From assembly GCA_030167865.1 (NCBI GenBank), contig JALAGF010003865.1, positions 1 to 64,000 on the forward strand: DNA of 64,000 bases, given 5' to 3'. The notes below the pieces were generated by a model that saw only the letters and a list, made by a program, of their open reading frames with translations, had not been told where the DNA came from and did no database searches. The position numbers and the translations under genes were made by a program. Origin of the DNA: Craspedostauros australis. Its lineage: Eukaryota. Of the stretch, positions 35,855 through 51,636 are shown piece by piece. Every line of letters starts with the position of its first letter. Positions within the stretch are counted from its first letter, which is position 1.

Positions 35855-38061
35855 TTAGCGACCGCCGGCGGCCTGTCCCTGTGGTGTTCCAGGTCGGCCC
35901 TGTCCGCCACCTTGGTATGGGTAACGCTGTCTCTTTTCGGCTGGCTTCAGAATCTGGAAGGAGCACATGAGGGTTTCGTCGACGCTCATCATGGCGCCGG
36001 CGTTGTCGAATTCACCGCAGTAGTTTGGTGCAGAGAAGAGGGTGACGAGCTGTCGGCGGGCGAAGAATTCGTATCCGTCCTCGACGACCTGGTGGGCGCG
36101 GCAGATGAGGTCCAGGTCGTGCTTGTGGAGGAACTGTGCCACGATATCTTCCCCGAAGGTAAATGACACACCCCGATCGTTCTCTCCCCATCCGTCGATC
36201 TCCTTGTCTGGGTCGGACCAGAGGAGATCGCAAAGAAGACCGGTGTCCGGCACGTCGGTTGGTCTCACGATGCGTTTTACTTGATCCAGGCTTGTGAGCT
36301 CTGGGCTGAGACCTCCGTGCATGCAGAAAATCTTCTCGTCAATGACAGCGGCGCATGGTAGGCAGTTGAAGCAGTCAGTGAACGTCTTCCACAGTTTGAT
36401 TCCGAACCGTCGCTTACACTCATCATAAAATCCATAGATACGGTTAATCGACGCGCACTCGTGGTTGCCGCGGAGGATGAAGAAGTTCTCCGGGAACTTG
36501 ATTTTGTACGCTAACAGGAGGCAGATGGTCTCCAGACTCTGCTTGCCTCTGTCGACGTAGTCGCCAAGGAAGACGTAGTTGGCCTCGGGTGGGAAGCCTC
36601 CGTACTCGAAGAGACGCAGGAGATCGTAGTACTGTCCGTGGACGTCACCGCAGATCTTGATGGGTGCCTCGAGTTCCAGCAGCATGGGTTGGCCGATGAG
36701 GAGATCGCGGCTTCGCAAGCAAAGCATTTTGATTTCGGCTTCGGAGAGGTCGACCTGCTTTCCTGGGCGAGCTCCGCGGACGCTGCACGTTTAGAGTCGT
36801 GGCGTGGGGGGATCGATGAGACGATGGATGGCGTGGTGAAGCCGGATGCGTGTCCAGAGGGTGCACGGGCGGGTGATGATGGGAACGTTGGTTAGCACGT
36901 TTAATGAGAGGAGGAGAGAGATAGTTCCAAGCGGACGTGGTTTGGTGAGTTGTTGGATGTGATAGTTGATGCACGGATGCTTGTTGAAGTGAGCTGTGAC
37001 AGATCGGTGGTATCGTCGCCCGCACCAGCCAGAGCGCTGTGCACAGGGTCCCTCCAGCCGACCGATCAACCGCAGCAGAAAAGCTTCGGCCTGGATCATT
37101 GCTCCAAACCATGCTCCATCTCCCACAAAGCCGCTGGCTACTGCTGTTGCTGTGTCTATAGGGAGCCCATCAAGACACATGTGCGCAAGTGGCGAAGGAG
37201 GTAATGTTGATGCGTTGACACATGGGCACGTGCCAAACACCACCAGTGCAGGTGCACGGTGGTACTATCACTCCCAGCTGTCGCCACCCTGGAACACCGA
37301 TCGGCAGCCACGCTTCGCCATCAACATGGGATGCTGCTGCTAATGCTGATGCTGTCGCAATTGTTCGGAAGCGGAAGTTGCTCGTCCGCTGCGCCGAGGA
37401 TTCAACGGGTCATCCTCATTTGTGTCTCGCAGGCTCCTTTTTGCTAGGATGACCGGCGGATACGGCCTTGGCGTTGGCTTCTTGGCTGTGCTGTCGGCGC
37501 ATGGCCATCAAGGCCTTGTCCCTTCCACAAACGGCCTCTCGCGACGAGAATGGTTCTGTGTTGGAGAAGCGCTAAAGTCCGTGCCTTTGCCACCATTGCG
37601 TACCGCGTTTGGACAATGATGTCGGATGACGGAAGGAGCGGGATGGCTGTCCGCAACTTGCCCACGAATACGAAGTCTTGCATGTGATTGTCGTAGTAGT
37701 GGTGGTGGTGTTGGAGGTGGCAACAGTGGCGATAGTGCCTGTACTGCCGTGCTTCTGGATAGTCCGGACTGAGATGGCGGCACCAGTATGCTGTCCGTTT
37801 CGGTTTCCCACAGCGACAGCTGCTGCTGCCGCCGCCAAAAGCGCGCGCAGGCAGTTGCACACACAACAGGCAAACAAGACGGCTGGAGGTCGGCAAAACT
37901 CTCATGACATTCACGCAAACTGCGGGATCTTGCGGGGTGGTTTACGCGTAGTAGGCATCTTACCTCAAGAGCTTGTCGATGATGACATCGACTGGGTCGC
38001 TGAGCAAGGCCACCTGGCCATTTGATGGTCCGTCTCCGGCGTTGGATGGGTCTTCAGACAT
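35855..38061 (-). CDS. PP1: Ser/Thr protein phosphatase PP1 catalytic subunit; exons 38061-37964, 36782-35855
   Basis: [30 protein letters not shown]. Splicing AG|C joins DVIIDKLLS to [10 protein letters not shown]. Confidence 0.97.
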
Positions 38062-39615
38062 ATTGGATGCTTGTTTGTTGGTGTTTGTGTTGTTGCTATC
38101 GCGGTTGTTGGTTTTGTTGTGCTAATGCTGGTGTTGGTGTTGGTGTTCGTGCTGTGTTTGCGCTGCAGCGGACCGTGTCGTGTTCGGAGCGTTGCGACGG
38201 TCTTTTGTGCGTGTGGCTGTGGTTGCAGTTGGGTCTTTGTTTCCTCTCTTTGGCCTCTTGCTGGTCAAGTGTCGCGGCACAGAGAGAGAGAAAGAGTAGC
38301 AAGATGGGTCGACGAATGCAATCTAATAATGAAGATGACGACGATGATGACGATGAGTGCTCTATGATTGTTGAACTGCTTGGTGCTTCGGAGCGTTGTG
38401 GATGCTTCTCCAAAGCAAAGGAATGCGGAAGGGCAGATGACAGCAACGACGAAGTTGACGATGATGGCAGTGTCTCTTGGATAGCACACGCGGTTGTTTC
38501 GTTGTATCTGCGCCGTACAAGTACTCGTAGAGCGTGCTGCCTCGTGTGTTCGCCTCTGCCTCTGCCTCTGTGTGTTGCGTCTTTGCTGTCCTCGTTGCGT
38601 TTTCGCGGTGCTTTGGCTGTGTTTTGGCCTTGCGCCGTGGATCGTCGCGTTTGCGCCGCGCTGCGTGCGAGACAATCACACGCGCCACGCCAACACCAAA
38701 GCCAAGCGTCGGCACCAACCAACCAACCACCACGCAGCCTTTCTTCCTTTCTCCACCACCCTCCGCTTTTTCGTGTGCGGTCACAGAGAAGTTGGGACCA
38801 GCCGATCCCACAATCATGAATGTCCGTAGCCGCAGTACCGAAAACGTCTGTCTTTGGTACGTGTTTGGGTCACAATGTGACCTCACTCGTGACGACTGCG
38901 GACATCCACAAGGACATCGTGATTGACATTTCGTGAGGTTTGCAGCTGTCGCGTAGACGTCAGACTTGAGGTTAGCTTTCGATCGTTGTTGTGACTTCGT
39001 GTGCGATCATCTGCATTGCACTCGCAGTGTTGAGTACGCCGCCACTCTCTCGATGCCTCGACGATGGACGGGACATGGCTTGCTTCGACATTTATTTCGA
39101 TGCAGAAGGATGCTTCGGTGTTGCTTCGTGCTTGCTTCATTTCAAATGCTTGGGTCTTGTGCGTGTACGGTTGGTGTTGGGAGGTGTCGAAGGCGGACAT
39201 CTATTCTTGGAATCTAGTGTGTTGGCTTGTTTGTTTCAGTACTAAATTCACATGGTATCTAATACATATGGCATGGTGGTATCTTCTTGGCGTGGTATCA
39301 ATTTGTCGACAGATGCGATGATTCTTGGCCAACGATCCAGAACCGTTGTGACGTTCACAAATACGACCCACGAGGACCGTGAACATCACAAACCAACATC
39401 GCCAGTCCGAGATCAATTGTTCTGTTGCCATCATCCTCCGTTTCATCCATTTCATCGTTCATGTCCACATCCACAACTACTGTTTGGGTGCATTCTCGCT
39501 CTCCTTTGGACGATAGGTGCAAGTACACGTACAAGTAACATACAAGTACAAGTCCTCGCATAAGACTTTTTATCACATTCGACAAGCTCAGAGTGGATTC
39601 ACAACAACAACAACC

Positions 39616-42023
39616 ATGAAGATATACTACACGGTCCTCGCATCTGCCTTCGCGGGCATCACCCTCCCGCGCAGATCGAGCGCCTGGGTACACACCTGCA
39701 AATCGAATCTGATCCGTCACAGGCAGCAACCGACGTCGGTATCTGCATCGGTTCTGCTGGATGGATCCAGAGTCACCCAGCAGCAATGTCACAGCCGCAA
39801 CGGATGTCTCCACACTGCATCCGCTTCGTGCTCCACAACTGCGTTGTGCGCGACTCCATCGGCTTCCGTTCCCAAGGAAAGCACGCGCGTGGACAAGCCG
39901 GGTGTGATCGCCGAAGGCAAGATCGTTTCCGTCGTTTCCAATGGCTTGGTTGCTGTCAATGTGGATGTGGAGCAAGTCGGTGCCAGAAGCGGAAGCAGCG
40001 ACAGTGATGAGAAAGCATCCACAGCTGGGATCACCCCCGGGAGCAAATCATTCATGGGAGGAGGCGCAACCGCAAACAGCAAGGAGAATCTCGGTAAGCT
40101 CATCCCAGAATGATTCATGCTATTGGTATTGCTATTGCTATTGCTATTGCTGTTGGTCTATGATTGAGGTCTTCATCGGTGTCGTTATCTTTTTGCACTT
40201 GCGAAGCGGGTGAAAGGAGAGTCCATCGAACAATGCAACCCCATCACACGGAACAGGCACCTCTTGGAAATGCTTGGAAAAGCACTCACTCACAGTCATT
40301 CGTCATTCTTATGTGTCATTTTCACCACCATCTTTACGTAAACTACAACTACATCGCACAACTTCGTGATGCAATCGATCGCGACGCTAACGCAGGTGGA
40401 GATTTGACAGGACGATCGGTCATTCTGCCCGACCAAACGAAAGGCGTCGTCGTGGCCCACAGGCCGCCCATCGCATTCGTGTACTCCGGAAAGCAAGCAT
40501 CCGATCACAGCGATGGTGGTATCGCGCAGATCTTGGAGGATTTGGAATCCGTCTCGATGGGAACCACAGCACGCATCATGGATTGCTTCGGCCAATCCAT
40601 CAATGGTGATGACGATGATGCGGCTCCATCCGATACCAGCGACGGTAGCAGCGACAATAGCAGCAACAGCCGGAAGATATTCGCGGCCATCCCACAGGTA
40701 AAGGATATCGCTTTAATCAACAGTCCGTTGGTGACAGGCATCACCATGTTCGATGCGTTGGCGCCGATCGGGAATGGTCAGAATATGCTCATGATTGGAC
40801 ATGACCTGCAGGATATGCGGGCCTACGTCCGGGATATCTTGGCGTCGCAGAAAGATAGTGGACTCAAATGCGTATACGCCATCACGAGCGACGCGGAAGA
40901 AGTGCAGAAATCCTTGGCGGAGGCCGGTGTGCTCGAAGACGTGACGTTGGTCGTTCCAACGGAGAACGGCAAGGACGCATCCTCCATGGCCGCCGAAGCC
41001 GTTACAATTTGTGCCACCGCCTGCGCGGTTGGTGAAATCCATGCATTGAAGAGCGGCGAAGATGCCCTCGTCATCATCGACAACATTGACCAGCAAAAGA
41101 AGCTGTGGGATATCACCACGCAGGTGCTGGTGGATGTGTTCGGCGTGGATGCCGTGGTGCAGAGCGACCGTGAGGGTGGCGCATCGTCCGAGATGAGGGC
41201 ATTCTACTCCTCGCTGATCCAACGGTCGGCCCAATACAACATGAAGAACGGTGGCGGCAGCGTGACGCTCGTGATGCTCACCACCATCCCGCAATCCGTC
41301 GAGGCCAACGAGGATGCGGTGTTCGACGCGGACGATTTCAGCAGCATGGGTGACAAGATCAAGGAGAGGATAAGCCTGCTGGTGAATCGCAGCATCCCGC
41401 TGACGTCGGGTAATTTGAAGAAGGTGGGCATTCCCATTCCATCCGATGCGGAAGGCAGAAGACGTCTGGCCCTGCAGCACGTCGATGACCTGATCAGCAT
41501 GTCGGATGGTCAGATCTGGTTCGACGAATCTCTCAGTGACAACGGGCAGAGACCGTGCATGGACCCGCAACGCAGCATCACACGAGTTGGGATCGGAGCC
41601 GACACTGAGTCGCGCGCCGATGCTCCTGCCATCCGCCGCATCGTGGAAGGTCTGCGGTTGGATCTGGCGCAGGCGGCCTCCATGGAAGGCGCCGACGTGG
41701 CGACGAAGGCATCCATCCAGCAAATTCGCAAGGCCAAGGCGCTGCTGCTGGCCATGCACCAGCCGTCAAGTATGGGCGGCAGGTCGCTGTCGGAATCATG
41801 TACCGTGATCCTTGCAGCATCGAGAGGGTATCTGGATGACGCCGTGGATGGCGGGAAGATGGCCGGCACCGCTGAGGGTGACGCTTTGATTAAGGAAATG
41901 TTGCAATATGTGCGCAAGGAGGCGGCTGGACCATTGACGACGATCGACGAGACGTTGGACATGACAGACGAAGTGCAATCGGACATTGAAGGGGTGCTGG
42001 AGGCATTCTTTGGAAAGGAGTAG
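39616..42023 (+). CDS. Divergent F1 ATP synthase alpha-like protein, P-loop degenerate, probably plastid-targeted; exons 39616-40093, 40396-42023
   Basis: PLVTGITMFDALAPIGNGQ, ALVIIDNI, SSLIQRSAQ..GGGSVT, LISMSDGQIW..GQRP..SITRVG and LRLDLAQ are collinear with F1-alpha. Phase-1 GT-AG intron. N-terminal signal peptide, then SSA|WV and a Ser/Thr/Arg-rich transit-like region. Confidence 0.85.
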
Positions 42024-44975
42024 GATGCAAGGACGAGCTGCGAGCTATTGTACGAGTGGAGTAGCTGGCACATTTACCAACCACATCTCAAGAACAATTC
42101 GATTTTCTTTCAGAGCAATTTCGCTCGAGTACGATGTACCAGTTGTATGCAGTTGCTGCTTGTGGGCATTAGAGTTGGGGCTGGCATAGGGACGAGCCGT
42201 GTAGGAGCTGTGCACCGAGCGATACTATTCTATTGGGCAGGTTCGGAGCATTGCACACAGATCACGAGCAGGGACGAGCATGTGTGGCAGCTCGTGCGAC
42301 TGCGAGCGTGAACAGCGACGTCGCTTCAGAACGCTTTGACATGGAGCACGGCACAGCTGTGAGAAGACAACTCGCGGATACGTACGTGCGCGTACACAAG
42401 TCGCCATTGCATCAAGGGGGGGATCAAACCATCCGTTTAGTATGGATATTCCCTTCCGAGAACATTTGCAGTCCGCAACGGAGATGTGAGGGCGTTGACT
42501 ATGGGTGGGCATGCAGGAGGCGCACAAATTCAAGGATGTTCCGGCACGAACTTTGCCTACTACACTGCTCAGCCATTGTCCGTACCAAGCGATCTTGGAC
42601 GTGTATGGTATTCTGCTCACCAACGAAGATGAACCTCACGATGACTGTCGAAAGAGCCACGGAAGACAATTACAATCTACATCTTGCCCTGTGTCTGCCT
42701 TTGCCGTTGTCGCTGCCAAATGATTCATCGGCCTTGGGAAGATCTTCCACCGTGGAATTGATGAGTGGGGCAAACCGCATGACGAACCGAGATGGCATGG
42801 TCATGAAGAGAAAGACAGAGATGGATGATTCCATAAAAGTGAGGGGCAAACAACCACCAGCAGACATGCCCAGCGAGGCCTTTTGCATCGAGATAAATGC
42901 GCTTCCCTTGGTTTCGGTTGGCTCCTCTCTCTCTTGGTTTGGTGACTGTTGTTCCCATTCTTAAATGCGCTCGATTCCGGCTGCGAATGTTTGTCTCGCT
43001 GGTTTGTCCCATCTGCGCTCGCTTGGTCTGGTTTCAGGATGATGGTGCCCGCCAAGCGGTTCTTGGTGCAGAACGACAAAGGAACTGAGCAAGCTGATGA
43101 AAGAGGAGGCGCAAGCCGGAATGGAGAGACGTTCAGAGACAACGATGGAATCCGCGCGGAAGAAGGGGAGAAGAAGGGCGGAGGAAGGAGGCGGATCAAT
43201 TGATGGAGGCGGAGACAAAACGGGCAGAGATGAAACAAAGGCAAAAGAGAGAGCAGCTGAATGAACACCCAGGATGGGAAGCTGCCTACTGTATCACGCA
43301 TGTCACCGCCCCACAGGAGCAAACCGAGCACCAGCATCCATGTTGACGTCGACGCTGATGGTTGAATGAGGCTGCCAGATGTTGCCATCACCGCTGTTGA
43401 AGCTGATGGCTCTTCTTGGGGGCAGACCCCCTCCTTGTCTGTTTCTGTGTCGAAAGGACACGTCTCCCGTTCTCGTTGTCGTTCTAGTGTTCATGGAGCT
43501 TCTCCACTCCGGTATCTGCCCCTGTCGCATCATTGCACACACCCCGCATCCATCTTCAACCAACCGCCCTGCCTCCACCTCCATGTCTGCCCTCGTTCTG
43601 TTCCTTGCTTCACTTCACTCACACACTTGACTTGGCTTCACTTGGCTTCTCTTCTTGTTCTCGTGACTGACACGACGAAGGTGATGGGTGTCACACCAAT
43701 CCTGCACTTGGAGGCGAAGCCACTTTGTTCCCCTCTTCTCTCTTCAACATGAGATTTGTCGGATGGAATTCCGCTCGCATCGGACGTGGAGAACAACATC
43801 GAATGACCCAACCAGAACATCGGTGATGTTTCCTCGGTCGTTTGGCCGTGCGAAGCGAACTGCACATTCGGGAGTCAAGAGCGTGACTGATCGAATACCA
43901 CATGGTGCACGCTCGCGCCAGACATGCCACAAAACCGTTGGCCGTGCCTTTGAAATATCGCAGGCAGGTCATGGATTTTTGAAAAGTTGTCTTTGGTGCG
44001 TGGGCCAAGCAGTGTTTTGGTTGGATGACTCTGGGGTTACAGGACGTTGAATTTGCATCAAGACGTTGTTGCGCACAACGGTGGTTACCTGCTGGCTGCA
44101 GCGTGCACTGCCACGGAGTCTTGTCTCTGCTCGGAACTCTTTCGGCTTCCGCGACGTTGTGTGTTCGTGTCTTGGATGCGAAACAAGCGGTGTTGTTGTT
44201 GTTGATGATGTTGTCGTTGCGGTTGGGGAGTGTTCGCATCTCAGCACAGACGGCGATGTGTTCGACGAATGGGCGCCTTCTGGCCAATGGAGCAGTTTCG
44301 TGGTCGGTTTAGTGGGGCGCCTCCAAGTCCCGCAGGCGCTGCGCGAGAGAGTGACGTGATGAACAAAGCAGAACAACAGCAGGAACACCAGTTACTCGCA
44401 ACGTGGCCTTGGGACTGGTACCAGCGCGCAGGGTGTGGGCGATCTTTCGCCTCCACCACCGCTGCAGTTGCGCTGCGTCGTTTTGGCCTCTGGTTCGGCT
44501 TGCTTTCGTCTTTGGTCTTTCGCCCCTCTTTGGTTTGTTTCCGCCCTCTCTGCCTGTCTCTCCTGTGTGTTCGTTCGTGTTGCCGATACACGACACAACA
44601 GTGTGGAGTATTGGTGGCTCGTGTCGTGAGTGAGCTGCAACGCGAGAAAGTGCCGACAGAGGAACAGGGTCAACAGAACCCCTCCCCTGCGTAGCTCTGC
44701 ACTGATGCACCATCTGGCAAGAACCAAAACGAAGCACATCACAAAACCTGCACAAGACCAACACACAACAAGAAGGTTGAACAGCCCATCCACCATCAAC
44801 CATCAACCCACACGCAACGACTCACTCAAACGCAAGCGAAGACAGCACTGCAGAACAAAAACGAAGCGAGCAATCACAAAATCATCACCTCCACTTCAGA
44901 AGCATCAGCACACCAACGACCCCAATCAAAGAACTGAGCGCGCCAGACGAAACCCACACCAAACGACACGCAACC

Positions 44976-47799
44976 ATGCAGCAACAACCAACCACGACGG
45001 CGGAGACCACAATGGTTCTCACAGATCCCGAGGCAACACCAATGCCGATAGAGGCGACAATGGCAGCACAGCAGCACAGAGTGCTGATTTACACCACCTG
45101 CTACAACGTCATCGATGGGTACGTCGGCATTTCGGCCAGCAGCAATGCGGTCAGCCCATTTGCAAATGTTGCACTTTTGATGCATCGCATTCTTCGCATT
45201 GCCACTTGTGTGGCGTCGCGCTTGAGCTTGGTCACACGGTTGCGCTTTCGTACTCGGTTTCCCACTTTGCGGGACAAACGTCGGCGTTGCCAACTGCGCT
45301 GGAGAATGATTTTGTGCATCTTGACTGAGGCAAGAACACAAGGACGCATTCACCTGCCCATCCGGATGTTGCGCATGGTCTGACCATGGCAGGCAGCTGT
45401 GGCGGTGCAGTCGGTCACCGCTGCTTCGCAGTGCTTGGTCAGTCTGGATCGCACGCGTCACGCACCTTTCGGAGGCCAGCCATCCTGGTTTTGCTCGACC
45501 ATGTGAATGGCACACATGAACCAAACAACGATTGATTCGTGCAAGCACAGAGCTGCACAAGTGATCTTGTGAAACATTGCACTCACACGGGTTGAATCTC
45601 CTTCCGTCTCCTTCTCTCTCTCTCTCTCTCTGCGAATCCACTTTCACACTACAAACTGGTCGTATGTCTCCGACGTCACCGATCTCGCTCCATGTGATGA
45701 ACGACAACAACAACAACGATGGATTATCATCACCTGACCATGCTCATTTTCCATGCTCATTTCCCGGTTTCTTCTCCCCGCACGTACTATCATCTCAACA
45801 AAATGTCATCGGTCGCACATTCCATCGTTCGCAACACCGCCCTCATGGACTTCAACTCGTTCCCCTTCACCTTGCACACGGGCTGTCTTGAACAATCTCT
45901 CTTGTCAATCCAACATGCGCGCCACTCAATCGAATTGAATTGAATTGAATTGAATTACACAGAGTGACGCTGACAATCCGAAAGATCGAGGAACAGATCC
46001 TCGCAGCTGGACACCAGGTGTGCATCCTCAGCACCGACAGCGGCAACTCGCAGAACACAAACCTCGTCAGCGAACATCCGAACAGGACCGTCATCTTCCT
46101 TGACAATAGCGTTCCGATTCCGTTCCTTCACGATCCCCAGAACGTCGACAGCAGCTACAGCCTCGGTTTCTCGTTGGGCAAGTCCACCAAGGACCAGATA
46201 AGCCAATTCGACCCGACCATCGTCCACGTCACTGCCCCGGACTGCACCTGCCTGCATGTCATCCAATACGCACGCGACCATGAGATCCCCCTCATGGGAA
46301 CCTACCACAGCAACATCCCGGAGTACATGGACCACTACCCAGGTCTCGGATGGTTGAAGCACGTCCTCGCCTCCTTCTTCCGTCACCAGTACAACTTCCT
46401 GCAGGCCCTCTACGTGCCAACCCCATATATCCACAAGCAGCTCCGAGAATCGTCCAAGATGGACTGCGTCACGGACCTGGGGGTGTGGGGCCGTGGAATC
46501 GACCTCTCCCGCTTCTCGCCCACCCACCGCACGCGCAAGTTCCGCGAAAGCCTCGGCTTCGACGATCACGACGTGGTCATTTGCTGGGTCGGCAGGCTGG
46601 TGCCGGAGAAGCGACCTGACATCTTTGCCTCCGTCATCAAGCGACTCGCGTCGCGCAACATCCCATTCAAGGCCCTGGTCATCGGAGCCGGTCCGTGCGA
46701 GGAGTCCATGAAGGCCCTCCCCAACACCGTCTTCGCTGGCTGGATGAGCGGCGACGAGCTCAGCACTGCCTACGCCTCCAGCGACGTCTTCCTCTTCTCA
46801 TCCGGCGTCGAAACCTTCGGCAACGTCACGCTCGAAGCTGCTGCCTCTGGCCTGCCGATCATCGTCGAAGAAGGATGCTCCGGACATCTCGTGCAGCATG
46901 GTCGCAACGGCTTTGCCTGCGCCAACGGCGACGTCGATGCCTTCTACGATGCCACCCTCTGCCTCGTCCTCGACGACGAGCGCAGAAACCTGATGTCGCA
47001 CGCGAGCCGCCAATTCTCGCTGCAGTTTGAAAAATCCGTCGTCTGTCGCAGAATGCTCGACAACTACACCAAGGTCACCAAGCAATTCTTCGACGAGTAC
47101 GGTGGCCACCATGCCAACCGTGATGCGGAGTACCACAAGGAGCACTCCTTCGTCGGCGGCAACTACCCGCGCCCATTCCTCCTGCAAATGTTCGAGTATC
47201 TCTTCGTCGTCCTGTTCCAGGTCATGTACCAGATGGCAACTTTCTTCATCCACGTGCGCGATTCCTTCCCGCTTGCCAGCACCAACAAGCAACGCGTAAC
47301 TGCGGCAGCGGTGACCACCAAGAAGGTTGCGCCACAATCGCCAACATCAGCGGCGAAGCAACAGCCCACCATGGCCACGCTGGGCTCTGCAAGCGAAGCA
47401 GAAACGCAGCCACTTATGGCCGACGCCGATGACGATGTCGAGCTTGGACGCATCGAGGAGGTCGAGGAGATCAGCGACTCCGACACCGATTTCGAATCCC
47501 AGAACGCACCCCTTCAAACGATTGACATGGACAAGGACATGGAGTGCGAGACGGAAACCACCGTCAGCTCATCGTCGGAACGATCGCAGGAGCAATCCCA
47601 GGGTTCCATGGTTTGCTTCGGCAAACAGAAGAAGTCGAAAAATGACATCTACGTCTCACATGAGATCACGAAGGCCATCATCCGCCTGGTCTTCTTCCAG
47701 TTCCTCATCGAATGCAGAACACGCGATTTCTTCGGATACGTTCTGTCTCCATCCAAGTGGACAACGATCTCCGTCGGACGGCGACGAAAGAACAATTAA
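44976..47799 (+). CDS. GT4-family glycosyltransferase (PimB/MgtA/SQD2-related); exons 44976(or 45012)-45118, 45963-47799
   Basis: VLIYTTCYNVIDG|VTLT spans a phase-2 intron. TYHSN, WGRGID..RFSP, VGRLVPEK, YASSDVF..ETFGNVTLEAAASGLP. Confidence 0.88.
45932..45956 (+). repeat. (GAATT)x5 microsatellite next to a splice acceptor
   Basis: Read directly; acceptor AG is at 45961-45962. Confidence 0.85.
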
Positions 47800-48651
47800 T
47801 TTCGGCAACGCTTGACCTTCACCAATTCACCAGACGGCAGTCTGAGAAAGCAGCAGCACTTGGTCATCATCTGCTGCTGCCGTTGGTCTTGGGTCTTGGC
47901 ATCTGTACTTTTGGACTCCAGTATCACATTTCACGATTATTCCATTCCACGAACGGTGCTTTGTAACAATGAAATCAATATACTTTTACGCAGACACACT
48001 ACTCAATCGTATGGTGATGGTGGGGCATTGGTGATTGTACTGAAGTTGAGCCTGTGAATCTTAGATTAGTTGTTGTTGTTATTGGGAATGGTCACACATC
48101 TGGCCTATCGTGGATTTGGCATGGTGACAGATGCACTGTCGTCATCAACATTGTTGTCCTCCTCCCTTGGCCACGGAGATCGATCTGACCGGAGTCAGGA
48201 ATTGTCACGTTCTTCATTGGTCATCCATCTACGAACGGTCAGAAACGATACGACAACAACATCTTCAACGGTCTTTCCAGCAGCCGACCGTTGATGCAAA
48301 GCGGGAAAGATGAGTCACGAATAGACATGACTTTTCTCAAACACGATTCCTCCAAAAATCGGTCCACTCAACCGACCACCACACACAAACAAAAGGGAGA
48401 ACAACGACACCGACGCGAACGACAACGGCAACCGAAACGAGAAAAGGAAAGACCGGAGGTGCGTGGGAATGGCCGTACGCTCTCGTGCTATCATGCGGCT
48501 TCCCTGGTTTTCATTCATTTGCACACGACACACCTCATCGCGCCACTTCGCAAAGTGTTCGAGACGGTGCAACAAGAATCGAGGGGAGAGTGAGAGAGAG
48601 AGTGTGCGTGCGTGTGGATCTACTTGTTCTCTGCCATCAACATACGACTAG

Positions 48652-50366
<1,715 letters not shown>

Positions 50367-51636
50367 ATGCGTTGCTCTCTGTCTGCCTGTTTGCCTGCCT
50401 GCCTGTTTTCAAACGCGGAGCTTCATCTTTTCAAGGGGGGAAGACAAATCATGAAAGAAGGAGCTTCATTGGGGAAGCACTCGAAGAACGGAAGTGCTCT
50501 CGGGAACAGCGCACGGAACGCACGAGCGATGCGCGAACAGTCAAAAGTGGGCAGGCAAGCCAGCAAGGAGGCAAACAACTACTCATGCTCGCATACAGAG
50601 GATAAATCAGAATTTAAAACGCGACAACAAACATCCGAGCGCGATGGTGTGAATGTATTGGTCGAATTGAATTGAGTGGAGTGAACGACCAGAGCACAAT
50701 TCCTTACACTTGGTCCACAGATATTCGGTTGCGGAGCCAAAGCGCATTTTGTCCAGGGTATGAGCACCAAGGAACTGTTTACTTTTCGATGCTCAGGACG
50801 ATGGCAGTGATCTTCGTCAGTATTGATCACCCATGTCCGGATGAACTCTTTGGTGAAGAACTGAAGGGCACTTCGGTTGAAATGGCATGTTGCGGTTCCA
50901 AGAGCTGTCAAGTATCTTGCAACATCGCCCGTCATCGACCTGTACGTGTGGAACCGGCACAACGACACATCACTGTCCTGCGCATGCAAGAAGGGACACG
51001 ACAGCATGATGTGGGTGCTGTTGCAGTCAAAGAAACTAGTCCACTCCGAGCTCCGCAAGCACAATCATGACGACGCCGAAGACGCCGCAGCGTGAGACAA
51101 TACGAGTAATAGGAGATGATTGTTCAATAGTATGGCGCACTGCGACCTACTCGTACGTTGCCTTCATCGGCTTTGGTCACTTGCAGTCGTCCCTTCTCGC
51201 TTTTCCTGCTCTTTGGTCTGTTTGGGTCAGATCCTTCTTCCCAGGGAACGGAACGGAGAAGTTCGCAAGTATTCCATGAACTTCCCTCGTCGGGACCGTA
51301 TCACGCCCAAAAAAGTCCGAACATCGCCGATGGCTTCAAGCCATCAGTATCTTTGGTCATCAACATTCTCACGAGCGTCCAGCCGTTCGACTGCCTGTTG
51401 CCAGAGAGGAGCGGGAGCGGAACTTCTTCGTGACCCTCTCCCTTTCCCGCATGTTGTCACAACTGTCCTTTTTCGTATTCACATCCTCCCCCGCTCCCGT
51501 TCATCACAATCATCACAATCATAATCTCTACCACCGCCACTTCGAAATCACACACAACAACCAATTCTCGCCACCAGCAGTCACCATCACACTCTGGCAC
51601 TTCGCTACACTACGACACGAACATAACGAATACAAG

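Noticed and set aside
38022-39500. 265-aa and 208-aa ORFs upstream of PP1
   Set aside because: Products of (GTT/CAA)-rich 5' UTR and promoter sequence.
39616-42023. Alpha-like gene as an organellar DNA insertion (NUPT/NUMT) or the true Atp1
   Set aside because: It has a spliceosomal intron, nuclear codon bias and a targeting peptide. It is too divergent and lacks Walker A.
42100-44900. ORFs of 130-240 aa in the long gap before the GT4 gene
   Set aside because: Low-complexity, microsatellite-like translations with no domain. Treated as intergenic or UTR.
44976-47799. Naming the GT4 enzyme SQD2
   Set aside because: Its N-terminal motif differs from the SQD2 VEPSPF...SGYKNRF pattern as I recall it, so the substrate is left unassigned.
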